From positions 384,001 through 448,000 of the IMG/VR virus record IMGVR_UViG_3300049988_000286: a stretch of DNA of 64,000 bases; one strand, given 5' to 3'. The first letter of the stretch is position 1, and each line of letters begins with the position of its first letter. This document shows positions 43,478 to 53,095 of the stretch, one piece after another. The DNA is from a virus (lineage: Duplodnaviria; Caudoviricetes). The notes beneath the pieces were generated by a model, which saw only the letters and a list, made by a program, of their open reading frames with translations, did not search any database and was not told the origin of the DNA. The translations under genes and the position numbers were made by a program.

Positions 43478-44914
43478 TTATCGGTACTTTAATTTCTCTA
43501 CCTTAAACTGATAGTTGGCATCTTTGTAATATTCTTTTCGCTTCGTGAGATGACGCTTCGAGAACTTCGCCGTGGAGCAGATGTCATAGATATCGACGAA
43601 ATCCTTGTCCTTTGCTGTGCGGAGACCACGCCCGATCGACTGGATGACGCGAACGAACGACTTCCCCGGTTCAATCAGGATGAGGTTGAAGATGCGCGGG
43701 ATGTTAATACCCGTTGACGCAACACCGAAGGTGGCGACGAGCAACTGATTATCGGTATAGTTGATACCCGCGTATTCGGTAGCGCGCTTACTGGTTTTTA
43801 CCCCACCGTAGATGAACGGCACACCAAGTATTTCCTCGATCGCTTTGCCCAATTCAATACTGTTGACGAGCACCAGTGTGTTGCCCGTCTCGGCGATCTT
43901 GCGGCAATGCTCTGCGATCCATGCGACACGTTTACGGTCGGTGGCGAGATATTGCTTCTCGGCATCGTAGGTCGCGTAATCGACTTCATCGACGGTCTGC
44001 TGGATGTGGATATGACAGTTGGATAGGATACCCTTCTCCTGCAACTCGTCGGCGCGGATTTCACCTACCTTGGGACCAATCGAGCACAAGAGCGACAGGA
44101 ATTCGAAGTCATCCTTCGGGATCGTACCAGTCAATCCCCAGCGCAACGGGATGTGTGCCATCGGGCCGGTGAGCATTTCCTTCAACTCCGCGCCTTTGAT
44201 CGAATGAGCTTCATCGACCATCACGCACACACAACCATCGAGGATGCGAGCCAGCATTTCGGGATTGTTCTTCTTCAATGCAGAAAGGCTCTGCCATGTC
44301 GCGATCGTGTGTTTATGATCGGGTTCCTTGAAGTCACCGAAGTAGCGTCCGGTATCTAGGCCGATATTGATGTAATCCTTGCACGTCTGTAGCACGAGGT
44401 CTTTACCGGGAACGATCACTAGCGATCGTCCATAAGGTTCTATGGCTTTGGACAGACACCCGGTGATGATGGTCTTACCCGCCGATGTAGAGATGCTCTG
44501 CAACGACTGCGGGTTTTCAAGATAGCGGTTGATCGCTTCCACCTGATGCTCGCGCAACATGATGGGCTCGCCCTCCATCGGGTGACCTTCCGGCCACCGG
44601 GTAGCGGCGAGAAAGTCGAGCGTCATCTCCGGGAAGGTGAAGTTGAACTCTGGGCGACGATCGTCGATGTCGATGTCGTAACCCGCCTCCTCCACGATCG
44701 GGAAGATACGATCGAGGACGTTGAAGTATGACTGTCCCCCCACGGTCGCGAAGGCCACCTTGCCATCCCAGCGTCCCAATTTGAACTGCGGGGTGTGACG
44801 AGCGGTAGGAATGAGGAACTTCAGCTTCTCGACTATTTTCCGACGCGTCAGCGCGTCGAGACCGTCCCACTTAATATTAACCTGATCTAGTATGATGAGT
44901 TTGCAAGTTTCCAT
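43478..44914 (-). CDS. uvsW: UvsW-like SF2 helicase
   Basis: LREHQ, TSAGKT, VDEAH, GLTGT, QSIGRGLR. Confidence 0.9.
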   Translation of the reverse strand: METCKLIILDQVNIKWDGLDALTRRKIVEKLKFLIPTARHTPQFKLGRWDGKVAFATVGGQSYFNVLDRIFPIVEEAGYDIDIDDRRPEFNFTFPEMTLDFLAATRWPEGHPMEGEPIMLREHQVEAINRYLENPQSLQSISTSAGKTIITGCLSKAIEPYGRSLVIVPGKDLVLQTCKDYINIGLDTGRYFGDFKEPDHKHTIATWQSLSALKKNNPEMLARILDGCVCVMVDEAHSIKGAELKEMLTGPMAHIPLRWGLTGTIPKDDFEFLSLLCSIGPKVGEIRADELQEKGILSNCHIHIQQTVDEVDYATYDAEKQYLATDRKRVAWIAEHCRKIAETGNTLVLVNSIELGKAIEEILGVPFIYGGVKTSKRATEYAGINYTDNQLLVATFGVASTGINIPRIFNLILIEPGKSFVRVIQSIGRGLRTAKDKDFVDIYDICSTAKFSKRHLTKRKEYYKDANYQFKVEKLKYR

Positions 44915-44950
44915 CCAAGGATCATAAATGATCCCGAGCCAGTTTGGCTA

Positions 44951-45628
44951 TTATGTATTATCGTTCAACAGTCGATCACGCAAAGACAATTGTGCGGCAC
45001 CTACCCTCATCAATCCAGCGAAGGTTCCCATCAGGGCAAAGCGCGCGAGACTATCTCGTTTGAGGTTGCGATCGGTCCGCATCGCTTTTACAACAGCGGG
45101 GAAGAGGATTGACGCCGCATGGTGGGGAGCCGATGTGCTCGCCATACCGGAAAGCCGAAAGGTGTATTGCCGCGACGAAGATGTGTAGATGATCATCCGG
45201 GGAAAGACGCGCCCCAGCCACTCGTAGCCGAGATCATCCGCCGTGATCTCCACAACAGCGACATGATCGCGCATTTCGAGCGCCTCTTTGGGCGAGAACT
45301 CCGACAGGCGGCGGGTGACGCTACTGTCGCCTCCGAGAAGCGGACAACCACCGTGAAGATCGAGGATTGGCGTATCGGGGAGAACATCCCTTACTGCTCG
45401 CGCCACAAGGTCGATTGCGTCGTCATGAGGGATCACGCAGCGGAAATCATGATCGAGGATGAACTGCCGCAACGATAGGGTATCGGCATCACCGCCTTGG
45501 AGACGATCACGAGCAGCGATCTCCTCGATGGGGGCTCGATCCACCTCGCACGACGTGGCGGGGAGGGCGGCTAGAAGTTTGCGCGCCCCGGATGGTGTTA
45601 GGGCGGGGAGGTAGAAGTCACGGTTCAC
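44951..45628 (-). CDS. hypothetical protein
   Basis: GTGA coupling. Confidence 0.6.
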   Translation of the reverse strand: MNRDFYLPALTPSGARKLLAALPATSCEVDRAPIEEIAARDRLQGGDADTLSLRQFILDHDFRCVIPHDDAIDLVARAVRDVLPDTPILDLHGGCPLLGGDSSVTRRLSEFSPKEALEMRDHVAVVEITADDLGYEWLGRVFPRMIIYTSSSRQYTFRLSGMASTSAPHHAASILFPAVVKAMRTDRNLKRDSLARFALMGTFAGLMRVGAAQLSLRDRLLNDNT

Positions 45629-46281
45629 AGTCTCTCGGCTCCCATGATTTGTTGCAGGAAAGCCGCCAAGGTTTCGCTGTCCCGGATGTTCCCAACCAGC
45701 GCCCCCTCATGCATGACCATCTCGCTCACCGCCTTGCGCGAATCCAAGCACAACGCCAAAAAGCGCTCTAGATCATCATCGATCTCGAAGCCGAAGCGAC
45801 CAAGAAAGTCGATCAGGGGATCAAGGGTCAACTCCGTCACCGCCATGACGCAGACTTCGCCCCGGCGTTGTTGCCGAAGGGACGGGATGTAGAGGGTCAT
45901 GTCAGCGCTGGGAGAGTAAGATAGTGCCACAATATTGTCACCGAGGTAGCGTGCCTCGCTTCTCTTCTCTGTCCTGACTACCGGCTGGTTCTTCCACAAG
46001 CCTTGATCAATGGTGGCGCGAAAGGTCGTTAGATCGTAGGAGGGGCAAAGGATGTTTTGCCTTTGTGCGTTGGCGAGTTCGCGGTATTGGTTCAGCACCG
46101 TCTTGGCTTTGTAGCATTGCCGCGTCGTCAAGGGCTGATCGCGCGCTATCCGGAGATGGATGCTTTGAAAGAAATCACGCTCCTGTGCCGGTAGGTTGCG
46201 GAAACCTGACCGTGCCATGTCGTTGATAAGATCGTCGATGAACATTCCCGCACCATGCACGGGCGAGCAACCTCCTCGCAT
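45625..46281 (-). CDS. hypothetical protein
   Basis: GAGGAGG SD; divergent promoter region. Confidence 0.6.
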   Translation of the reverse strand: MRGGCSPVHGAGMFIDDLINDMARSGFRNLPAQERDFFQSIHLRIARDQPLTTRQCYKAKTVLNQYRELANAQRQNILCPSYDLTTFRATIDQGLWKNQPVVRTEKRSEARYLGDNIVALSYSPSADMTLYIPSLRQQRRGEVCVMAVTELTLDPLIDFLGRFGFEIDDDLERFLALCLDSRKAVSEMVMHEGALVGNIRDSETLAAFLQQIMGAERL

Positions 46282-46336
46282 TATTTGATTTGACTCTTCG
46301 CCATAGTTCGATATAGCGACGGGGAGGAGCTAGACC

Positions 46337-46732
46337 ATGATCATGACCGACATCGAGTTTCAGGTAAATCGTCAGGCGATGGACAAAGCCGCGCGTGGCA
46401 TTTTGATGTCGAGCGATGCGCTCGATCTCCTCCAGCGGATCACCGATGCCGATCTCGCAACGGTGTTGCAGAACATTTCCGGCTACGCGACGTCGATCAA
46501 GGTCACGGAACTGGAATTTGTTTTCGCCACCGACCCCCGCCGACCGGGCACGGACAGCTTCTCGCTGCTAGGCGTCTTCTGCAATCCCGCCGCTGGCACC
46601 CGCTACGTGTCGTGGGAACGACAGCAGAGCCCCGACGTGCGGTTCCGCATCCTCCGGGTGTCGGGAAACCGTTTCGCGTCCTATACCGCCTACGAGAGCG
46701 TCAACGAGGCTAAGGCGGAGTCGGTCGATTGA
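46337..46732 (+). CDS. hypothetical protein
   Basis: TTGACT-16-TATAGC promoter with AGTTCG; GGAGGAG SD. Confidence 0.65.
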   Translation: MIMTDIEFQVNRQAMDKAARGILMSSDALDLLQRITDADLATVLQNISGYATSIKVTELEFVFATDPRRPGTDSFSLLGVFCNPAAGTRYVSWERQQSPDVRFRILRVSGNRFASYTAYESVNEAKAESVD

Positions 46733-47109
46733 GCGCGAGCGCGCGGGCGGATCGCGGGCGTCTTTGTTGGCTGTGTGGGAAGCCCGGAGGCACTGGGTTT
46801 CCTGCGAGTGTCCTATCATCGTTGGGCACAGGCGCTAGCGATCGTTCCTCACGACACGCACACGGTCCATGCGTCAGCAAGGCACAGCAACGCGCTGCCA
46901 TCGGCTCACCTCCCTCCCCGGCGATCGTGAAGGAGCCCTTTTGGAAAGAATCCCGTGAGGATTTGGCCCGCGAGATCGCCACAGACTGGGCCGAGCGTGA
47001 CAACGAGGCGGACAGCCACTGTGGTCCACGCGGGACTGAAACGGCGGATGACCACATGGAAGCTGCGCTCGCGTTCGTCGATCGCATCCGTGCACGAGGT
47101 GACTTCTGA
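46729..47109 (+). CDS. hypothetical protein
   Basis: Coupled to both neighbours; CWLC. Confidence 0.5.
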   Translation: MSASARADRGRLCWLCGKPGGTGFPASVLSSLGTGASDRSSRHAHGPCVSKAQQRAAIGSPPSPAIVKEPFWKESREDLAREIATDWAERDNEADSHCGPRGTETADDHMEAALAFVDRIRARGDF

Positions 47110-47339
47110 TGCTCAAGCCTAATCTTGCCGATCCCACGCCGGAGGATGTGCGTCAGTTCGTCGTCGCTGTCACGGGCCTCGCGCTCGAAGATTGGCGCGC
47201 GGGCTCGAAGCAATACGGTCGAACCGGCAAAGAGATCGTCCGCATGTGTGCGCGTGAATGGCGCATTCTTCATGTCAAGATGGCGAGTGAAATCTACAAC
47301 AAGACCATCTGGACGATGGAATCGGCAGGGAAGTATTAA
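47109..47339 (+). CDS. hypothetical protein
   Basis: GAGG SD, TGATG coupling. Confidence 0.6.
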   Translation: MLKPNLADPTPEDVRQFVVAVTGLALEDWRAGSKQYGRTGKEIVRMCAREWRILHVKMASEIYNKTIWTMESAGKY

Positions 47340-47341
47340 TC

Positions 47342-48073
47342 ATGGACCCCATCTACATCCCAGCCTTTGTCGATCGCGACATCGCCGATCAGGAGTTCAC
47401 GCGGCTGTGGGACACGCTCGATTGGGAGCGTCGCCCGGATGCACCGCGTCGCGAATACTGGCAGAACAACTACGGCGTCCCGTACACCTACGGTCGCGGC
47501 GCTGGTCTGCGCACCTACGAGGCGCGTCCGTGGGACGGCATGGTCGAGGCGTGGATGCAGCGCCTCAATACCGAGCATGGCTTCGCGCTCGACTGCTGCT
47601 TCATCAACGGTTACGAGACCAAGCGCGACTCGCTCGGCTGGCACGCTGATGACAGCCCGGAGATGCGTGTCGATCAGCCCGTTATCTCCTTGTCGCTGGG
47701 TGGCGAGCGCGACATCGAGGTCAGGGAGAATGCGACGGGCGAGACGCAGCGATTTCGGCTCGGTCACGGCAGCGTGTTCATCATGCCGCCGGGATTTCAG
47801 CAAACGCATCAGCACCGCATTCCCAAGGCGGGATACGATGTTCCGCCGCGCATCTCCCTTACCTACCGCGCGCTCGATCTCGCGGTCATCGCTCCCGCGC
47901 GTCTGGCGCTGTTGGGCTGGGACGTGAGCCCGGCCGTTCTCTATGACGAAGAGGGCGTCGAGGGTTGGCGTTGGGAGCGCGACGGTCGCGAGATCACCGA
48001 GATCGGGTCGCATGACGAGCCGCTGGTCGTCCCGGATGAACTCATGGAATTGTTGGAGAAATCGAATGGGTAA
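47342..48073 (+). CDS. alkB: AlkB-family 2OG-Fe(II) dioxygenase with C-terminal extension
   Basis: GWHADD (HxD), HQHRIP, RISLTYR. Confidence 0.85.
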   Translation: MDPIYIPAFVDRDIADQEFTRLWDTLDWERRPDAPRREYWQNNYGVPYTYGRGAGLRTYEARPWDGMVEAWMQRLNTEHGFALDCCFINGYETKRDSLGWHADDSPEMRVDQPVISLSLGGERDIEVRENATGETQRFRLGHGSVFIMPPGFQQTHQHRIPKAGYDVPPRISLTYRALDLAVIAPARLALLGWDVSPAVLYDEEGVEGWRWERDGREITEIGSHDEPLVVPDELMELLEKSNG

Positions 48074-48461
48074 GACGATTTGGATCGACCGTGTGGCGCT
48101 CCCATCGAAGATGGGCTTCGGATTGGTATCTCGCCGCGACGACATCAAATACGACTACAGCGTCCATGCCGTCGAGGATGGTGAGGAGATCGGCGATGAT
48201 AACGTCGTTCAGACCTTCCCCGAGCAGTTGAGCGGCGGCTACGGCTACCACAGCGCGGAGGAGTTGGCGAAGCGCCTGTCCAAGCTCTGGGAAGCGCCGG
48301 TCAAGATGGCGTGGCTGGAAGGTCGCATCTGGTACCGGGTGTCCATGTTCATTCCGGTAGTGGCAGCATCGCGCGAGGAGGCGCAGGATATGGTCTATGA
48401 GGCCATGCGGACCAATGTCCTTTGCGAGCGGTCGCGCTTCCACACCGAGGAGGGGCGCTAA
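48066..48461 (+). CDS. hypothetical protein
   Basis: Start MGKTIW after GGAG; coupled. Confidence 0.55.
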   Translation: MGKTIWIDRVALPSKMGFGLVSRRDDIKYDYSVHAVEDGEEIGDDNVVQTFPEQLSGGYGYHSAEELAKRLSKLWEAPVKMAWLEGRIWYRVSMFIPVVAASREEAQDMVYEAMRTNVLCERSRFHTEEGR

Positions 48462-48625
48462 TGTTCGGCGTCATCCTCCGCACCGCAGCGGTCTTCGTTG
48501 TCGTCGCCACGCTGACGCTCCTCGCCGCCGCCGTGTTCCAGTTCGGCAACTTCGACATCATGGCTTGGGAGGCCAAGGATCGGCAAGTGCTGTTGGTCTT
48601 CCCCTTGATGGCGACGGTGCTATGA
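48461..48625 (+). CDS. small membrane protein
   Basis: Two hydrophobic helices; GAGGAGG SD. Confidence 0.55.
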   Translation: MFGVILRTAAVFVVVATLTLLAAAVFQFGNFDIMAWEAKDRQVLLVFPLMATVL

Positions 48626-48807
48626 CCGTCATGGTCATTCGCACGCTCGACGTTGATCGAGTGCGAGCGTTCCTTGAAGGCATGGGACTTGCCTTCGTGG
48701 AGGAGAAGCACGGTAGCGGGCCTGTCCACCATGCATGTCAGGTCGGCGACACTGTTCTGGAAATCTACCCCACGAAGAAGAACGAGAGCGTTCGTTTCAT
48801 CGAATAG
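48622..48807 (+). CDS. VOC/glyoxalase-like half domain
   Basis: IRTLDVDRVRAFLEGMG..F..EKHG.GP.H....G..VLEIYP. Confidence 0.65.
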   Translation: MTVMVIRTLDVDRVRAFLEGMGLAFVEEKHGSGPVHHACQVGDTVLEIYPTKKNESVRFIE

Positions 48808-48841
48808 TGCAGCGGGTGTGAGGGGTAAGGTATCATCCCTC

Positions 48842-49372
48842 ATGCTTGTCGTAAATCTATTTGGCCCGCCATCGTCGGGCAAAACTACCGTGCAGTGTGA
48901 TGTCTTCCGCCGTTTGAAACAGGCGGGTGTGAATTGCGAAATGCTTCCAGAGGTGGCAAAGAAACTGACGTGGGAGCGTCGTTGGCCAACCCTGCGATGC
49001 CAGCCCTACATTTTCGGCAAGACGCTGCACGATATGCAGACGCTGCGTGAACAAGTAGATGTCTTGGTGCTCGACTCACCCTTGATGCTCTGCGCCGTCT
49101 ATAATTCGCTGCTCGAAGAGCCAGCGGGCCACTTTACCCCGATGGTTGCTGACGCTCACGCGCGCTTCACCAACGTCAACTACATGCTGCGACGGACCTT
49201 TGATTACGCCTCGGAGGGGCGGCGGCAGAACGAGGAGGAAGCAGAAAGGGTCGCACGGACGATCCGCACGACCCTTGATGAAACGGGTATCCGCTACCTC
49301 GATCTCGACAGCGACGATGAGACCGGCTGGGTGATCGCCGATCTGGTGTTGTCGCGCCTCAAGGTCGGTTGA
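48842..49372 (+). CDS. NadR/Ttd14-type AAA nucleotide kinase
   Basis: NLFGPPSSGKTT, EVAK, LDSPLML, GRRQNEEEA. Confidence 0.75.
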   Translation: MLVVNLFGPPSSGKTTVQCDVFRRLKQAGVNCEMLPEVAKKLTWERRWPTLRCQPYIFGKTLHDMQTLREQVDVLVLDSPLMLCAVYNSLLEEPAGHFTPMVADAHARFTNVNYMLRRTFDYASEGRRQNEEEAERVARTIRTTLDETGIRYLDLDSDDETGWVIADLVLSRLKVG

Positions 49373-49499
49373 GGAACGCCGACACCACGATTGCCACGAT
49401 GGCGGGGATGATGACGCTCCCCACCAGCCACTCGACGAAGGGCGTGTCGCTCAAGGCGAACAACAGACCCAACACCGCCACGACTCCGAGCAGCTTCAC
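49359..49499 (-). CDS. 46-aa membrane peptide
   Basis: GTG start coupled to upstream stop; two hydrophobic helices. Confidence 0.45.
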   Translation of the reverse strand: MKLLGVVAVLGLLFALSDTPFVEWLVGSVIIPAIVAIVVSAFLNRP

Positions 49500-49888
49500 G
49501 TATCCGACTTCCACGGCGACTCGGCGGCGAGCGTGCGAAGATGCTGGGCCACGCCCTTGTCACCGTCGCCGAAGCGATCGAACCAGTCTGCAAGAGCGGC
49601 GATGTCAACGTATCCCGTGCGACCGTAGGCGGGCTCGTCATCGAAGCCGATCAGCGAGAGTTGACCTTCCTGATCACGGGCGATGATCGAAACATCCCCT
49701 GCTTCCGCGTCGTGTCGCCACCAGAGAATTTGGAGACCGTCGAGGGGATTGCCGCCCCTCGTATATTCCTCGTGAAAGGCGGTCATCGCGGTGACGATTG
49801 AGGGCGTGATCGGCACAGTGGCCCCGACCAGAGCCAGCAGTGCTGGATGGTCGGGACGAACCACCTGTGCGTCCATGCGGCTCCTCAC
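49496..49888 (-). CDS. hypothetical protein
   Basis: Coupled to upstream gene. Confidence 0.55.
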   Translation of the reverse strand: MRSRMDAQVVRPDHPALLALVGATVPITPSIVTAMTAFHEEYTRGGNPLDGLQILWWRHDAEAGDVSIIARDQEGQLSLIGFDDEPAYGRTGYVDIAALADWFDRFGDGDKGVAQHLRTLAAESPWKSDT

Positions 49889-50448
49889 GCCGCCTCGGCG
49901 GCGCGCCGCTCCGCGAGTTCCTCGGCCTCCTCGCGGCGCTTCTTGGCGACATCGAGGTAGTAGTTGTTGATCATGTCGTCGAGGACCGCCTTCTCCTCCT
50001 TCTTGAGGCGCGGACGGCGCAGCTTGCCGTCACGGACGATCTTCTCATCGGTGACATCGCCGAATTCGAGGGTGAAGAGGACGCGCTCGTCGTCGGTCAT
50101 CTTCTCCAGCAGGATGTAATCGACGAAGACGCCGTTGGCCGTGGTGTACTTGCGCACCTCGTAACGCGCGCCGTGATTGCGACCGCCCTTCGAGCAGATA
50201 TAACGCTCGCGCAGCCACTCCAGCACGCGGTCGATCGGCACCGCGCCGTCCTTCATGTAGAGCTTGATGGGATAGATGTACTTGTGGGGCTCGTCACGGA
50301 GGACGCGGCCGAAGTCCATGAGGACGGTATTGCCCTTGGGGCGGAGCGCGCGCAGCGCCGATTCGGTCGCATCGCGGCGGCGCTTGGCGACGGTACCAAG
50401 CGCGGGCTTGGGCTTGCGGGTGCGGGTCTGGGGGGCTGCGGTGGCCAT
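49885..50448 (-). CDS. basic hypothetical protein
   Basis: Strongly biased codons; GAGGA SD; TTGACT-17-TAGTTG promoter. Confidence 0.7.
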   Translation of the reverse strand: MATAAPQTRTRKPKPALGTVAKRRRDATESALRALRPKGNTVLMDFGRVLRDEPHKYIYPIKLYMKDGAVPIDRVLEWLRERYICSKGGRNHGARYEVRKYTTANGVFVDYILLEKMTDDERVLFTLEFGDVTDEKIVRDGKLRRPRLKKEEKAVLDDMINNYYLDVAKKRREEAEELAERRAAEAA

Positions 50449-50529
50449 CTGCGTGTTCCTCGTTGCACGGCAACAGCGCCGTTAAACGATCAACTAGCCG
50501 GGGAACTGCGCGGAGTCAAGCTTATTCGT

Positions 50530-50973
50530 TTAATCGAGCCGGTGCATGTTGATTGAGCATTCCTGCAAGATCACCGCCGCTTCGGCGAGGCTCTCCGCCC
50601 ACCGCTGGTTGAAATCCTCGTGGTAGAGCCACCAGACATCCGTGATGCCGCTACTCGCAATAGCGAGGGCACATGCCGAACAGGGATGGCGCGTCACGAA
50701 GAGATGGTACCCCTCGGTGGTATCGTCGCGATTGAAGGCAAGACAATTCATCTCCGCGTGCACGGTGCGCTTCAGCTTTTCAGCGCGGTTCGCGGGATCG
50801 TTGAGGAACACGGGATTGTCCGCCATGCGGCGAGGGAATCCGTTGAACCCCAGCGACGCTACCGTCTTGTCGGGACGGACGAGCACCGCCCCGACTTTGC
50901 TCGACGGGTCTTTGGACTTCCCCGCAGCGGCTTGTGCGATGTTGAGGAAGGTGCGCTGCCAATCAGGCGACAT
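50530..50973 (-). CDS. dCMP deaminase
   Basis: KSKDPSSKVGAV, GFNGFP, HAEMN, PCSAC. Confidence 0.9.
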   Translation of the reverse strand: MSPDWQRTFLNIAQAAAGKSKDPSSKVGAVLVRPDKTVASLGFNGFPRRMADNPVFLNDPANRAEKLKRTVHAEMNCLAFNRDDTTEGYHLFVTRHPCSACALAIASSGITDVWWLYHEDFNQRWAESLAEAAVILQECSINMHRLD

Positions 50974-51093
50974 CCTCCAACTCCTGTTCGACCATTTGCT
51001 CGATGGCTTCCTGTTCGAGCCAAGATTGGATCATGAACCGTGTCTCTGGACAAGCCAAGGTCATGACTACTAGGTTGAAGAAACTGTCAATCA

Positions 51094-51570
51094 TCAGAAT
51101 GTTGCATCCTCTAGGCCCACGGCCTTCAATTTCGTAACGTTGCTCAACTGAAAGTGCATGACTTCCAGCCCCTTCGAGATACCGAGAAACTCGTTCCGGA
51201 CGCTCGCGACACGGTTACGGATGGAGCGAATAGCTTGAACTTCATCACTGACATCGGCGTAGTTCTTCGCCTGTGTATCCGAGAGCGCACGCTGATAGTG
51301 TTCTAGATACCAGATCACCTTCTGGCCTTTCACCCGGTTCTCGTAATTGGTCACATGTTCGAGCATGATCTCCAAATCGGTCATGCGTGAATAGTTCTCG
51401 GCGGTGATACCGGGCATCATCATGGCCACCTTGGTGATCAAGCCATCCGGGGGTGATAGAAAGGCCTTCGCATCTGGAACCATCGCCTCATAGTAGAGGC
51501 AAGCGTGCACCACGATGTCGAGTTGTTTCAGATCATCCGTCTCATCGAATACGCGGCGATACCAAAGCAT
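51094..51570 (-). CDS. uvsY: recombination mediator UvsY-like
   Basis: YLEHY.RALSD..AK.Y....D...N.FLGI.KGLE...FQL; next to uvsX. Confidence 0.75.
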   Translation of the reverse strand: MLWYRRVFDETDDLKQLDIVVHACLYYEAMVPDAKAFLSPPDGLITKVAMMMPGITAENYSRMTDLEIMLEHVTNYENRVKGQKVIWYLEHYQRALSDTQAKNYADVSDEVQAIRSIRNRVASVRNEFLGISKGLEVMHFQLSNVTKLKAVGLEDATF

Positions 51571-51813
51571 TTAGCGCTCGATCTCTTCTATCTCGTCGAT
51601 CTCTTCCTCTTCATCCTGCTCGGCTGAAACTTCGGCAAGCGCGCGGTCGAGATGAACGTCCTCACCCTCGGCGTCGTGGAGGAGATGGATGTCGTTGCCC
51701 TGTTCGAGCAAAACGCGGATCATCTGCGCGGCGGCATCCTGCCTGTCACCCATCGGGATGAACTCGTAAACTGCCTCCCAGAGGAGGTATAGGAATCGTG
51801 CTTCGTCGTTCAT
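51571..51813 (-). CDS. acidic small protein
   Basis: LW..VYEFIP..DR.DAA; lies between uvsX and uvsY. Confidence 0.6.
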   Translation of the reverse strand: MNDEARFLYLLWEAVYEFIPMGDRQDAAAQMIRVLLEQGNDIHLLHDAEGEDVHLDRALAEVSAEQDEEEEIDEIEEIER

Positions 51814-51869
51814 GATTGTTTTTCCAAGTTTGCTAATCAGATATACAGAGGTGCCGAGCACGCTCTCAA

Positions 51870-51897
51870 TAAAAAACGGGGAGGTCTTGCCTCCCCG
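51870..51897 (-). terminator. intrinsic terminator after uvsX
   Basis: CGGGGAGG-loop-CCTCCCCG with U-tract on minus strand. Confidence 0.75.
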
Positions 51898-51903
51898 CCC
51901 CTT

Positions 51904-53019
51904 TTATTCCTCGTCCGAGATTGCGACGGCGACGGTATCGTCGTCGGGCTCATCACCCTCGCCACTGACGACAGCGGCAATCTCCGCGTTTTCCCAGTGA
52001 TGCCAATCCTCAATGATCTGATCGAGGATGCCCTTCGGGCGGAAATCCTTGCGCCATTCCTTGATGATCTCGCCCGTCTCTGGCGAGGTATAGGTCCAAC
52101 GCTGGCCATCCTTCTGGATCACGCCCTTTGCTACGAACAGATCGAACAGGCCCGAATAGGGGTTCATACCTTCCTGATAAGGGATGTCGATCTTGATCTT
52201 CTCGAAGGGTTTCGCGTAACGAGACTTGCGCACCACCGCAGTTGAGCGGATACCACGCACAACGCCGCCGACGAGCTTCTTGCCCTCGTCATCCTCTTTG
52301 AGGAGATATTTGTTCATCTGGACGATGACCGACGAAGCGAATTCGAGCATCTTGCCGCCGGGAATCTTATCCGGCTGATACTGATCCTGCGAGTCCATCA
52401 CGTGGTTGGTCGCGAGAAGTCCGATCGGCTCGCTGGCGATCTTGGCCATGGTGACGCGCAACATCGCGGTCATCTGCTTGGCCTTGATACCCATGTCGCC
52501 CTTCTGATCACCCTCCTCATACTGACGAATCTGGTTCGGCGTGATCAACATGCCGAGCGAATCGATGATGATCAGGATACGGGGACGATCCGCATAAGGC
52601 TTGCTTGAATGCTCCGCCTTGTAGGCATCGATGATCGTCGAAATGCCTTGCGACACATCGTCGATCGTAGCGCCGCTTACCTTCTCCATGAAGGAAACAT
52701 CGACACCGAGCGAGGTCATCCAGCTTTCATCGAGAGCGTTCTCGGTGTCGAAGACGAACGGGAACACATTCTGTGCCTGACAGCTTTTGACGATGTTCGC
52801 GGATGTGATGTACGACTTACCCGAGCCGGAGTCACCGGCGAACATAGTGAACTTCCCTTCAAGCGGCACACCACCTTTGAAGTCGCCACAGATCAGGTAG
52901 TTCAGTGCATAGCAGCCCGTGCTCAACCAAGTCGTAGGATCATTGAAGCCGGTAGACAGACCGGGGATCGACTTAGCGACGGACTTACGAAATTTTGATA
53001 GATCGATTGGTGTCTTCAT
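51904..53019 (-). CDS. uvsX: RecA-like recombinase UvsX
   Basis: FAGDSGSGKS, DTENAL, IDSLGML, GG..LEFASS. Confidence 0.92.
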   Translation of the reverse strand: MKTPIDLSKFRKSVAKSIPGLSTGFNDPTTWLSTGCYALNYLICGDFKGGVPLEGKFTMFAGDSGSGKSYITSANIVKSCQAQNVFPFVFDTENALDESWMTSLGVDVSFMEKVSGATIDDVSQGISTIIDAYKAEHSSKPYADRPRILIIIDSLGMLITPNQIRQYEEGDQKGDMGIKAKQMTAMLRVTMAKIASEPIGLLATNHVMDSQDQYQPDKIPGGKMLEFASSVIVQMNKYLLKEDDEGKKLVGGVVRGIRSTAVVRKSRYAKPFEKIKIDIPYQEGMNPYSGLFDLFVAKGVIQKDGQRWTYTSPETGEIIKEWRKDFRPKGILDQIIEDWHHWENAEIAAVVSGEGDEPDDDTVAVAISDEE

Positions 53020-53040
53020 TACTCCACCTAGTTTAGAGAC

Positions 53041-53070
53041 AAAAACGGAGAGGAGGGTTAGTCCTCTCCG
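53041..53070 (-). terminator. intrinsic terminator after ssb
   Basis: CGGAGAGG...CCTCTCCG with U-tract on minus strand. Confidence 0.7.
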
Positions 53071-53095
53071 CCAAGTTTAGGAGTTATCCGTCAGA

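Noticed and set aside
35151-44914. Inteins or introns in helicase, primase or UvsW
   Set aside because: Lengths are normal, motifs contiguous, and no splicing or LAGLIDADG signatures.
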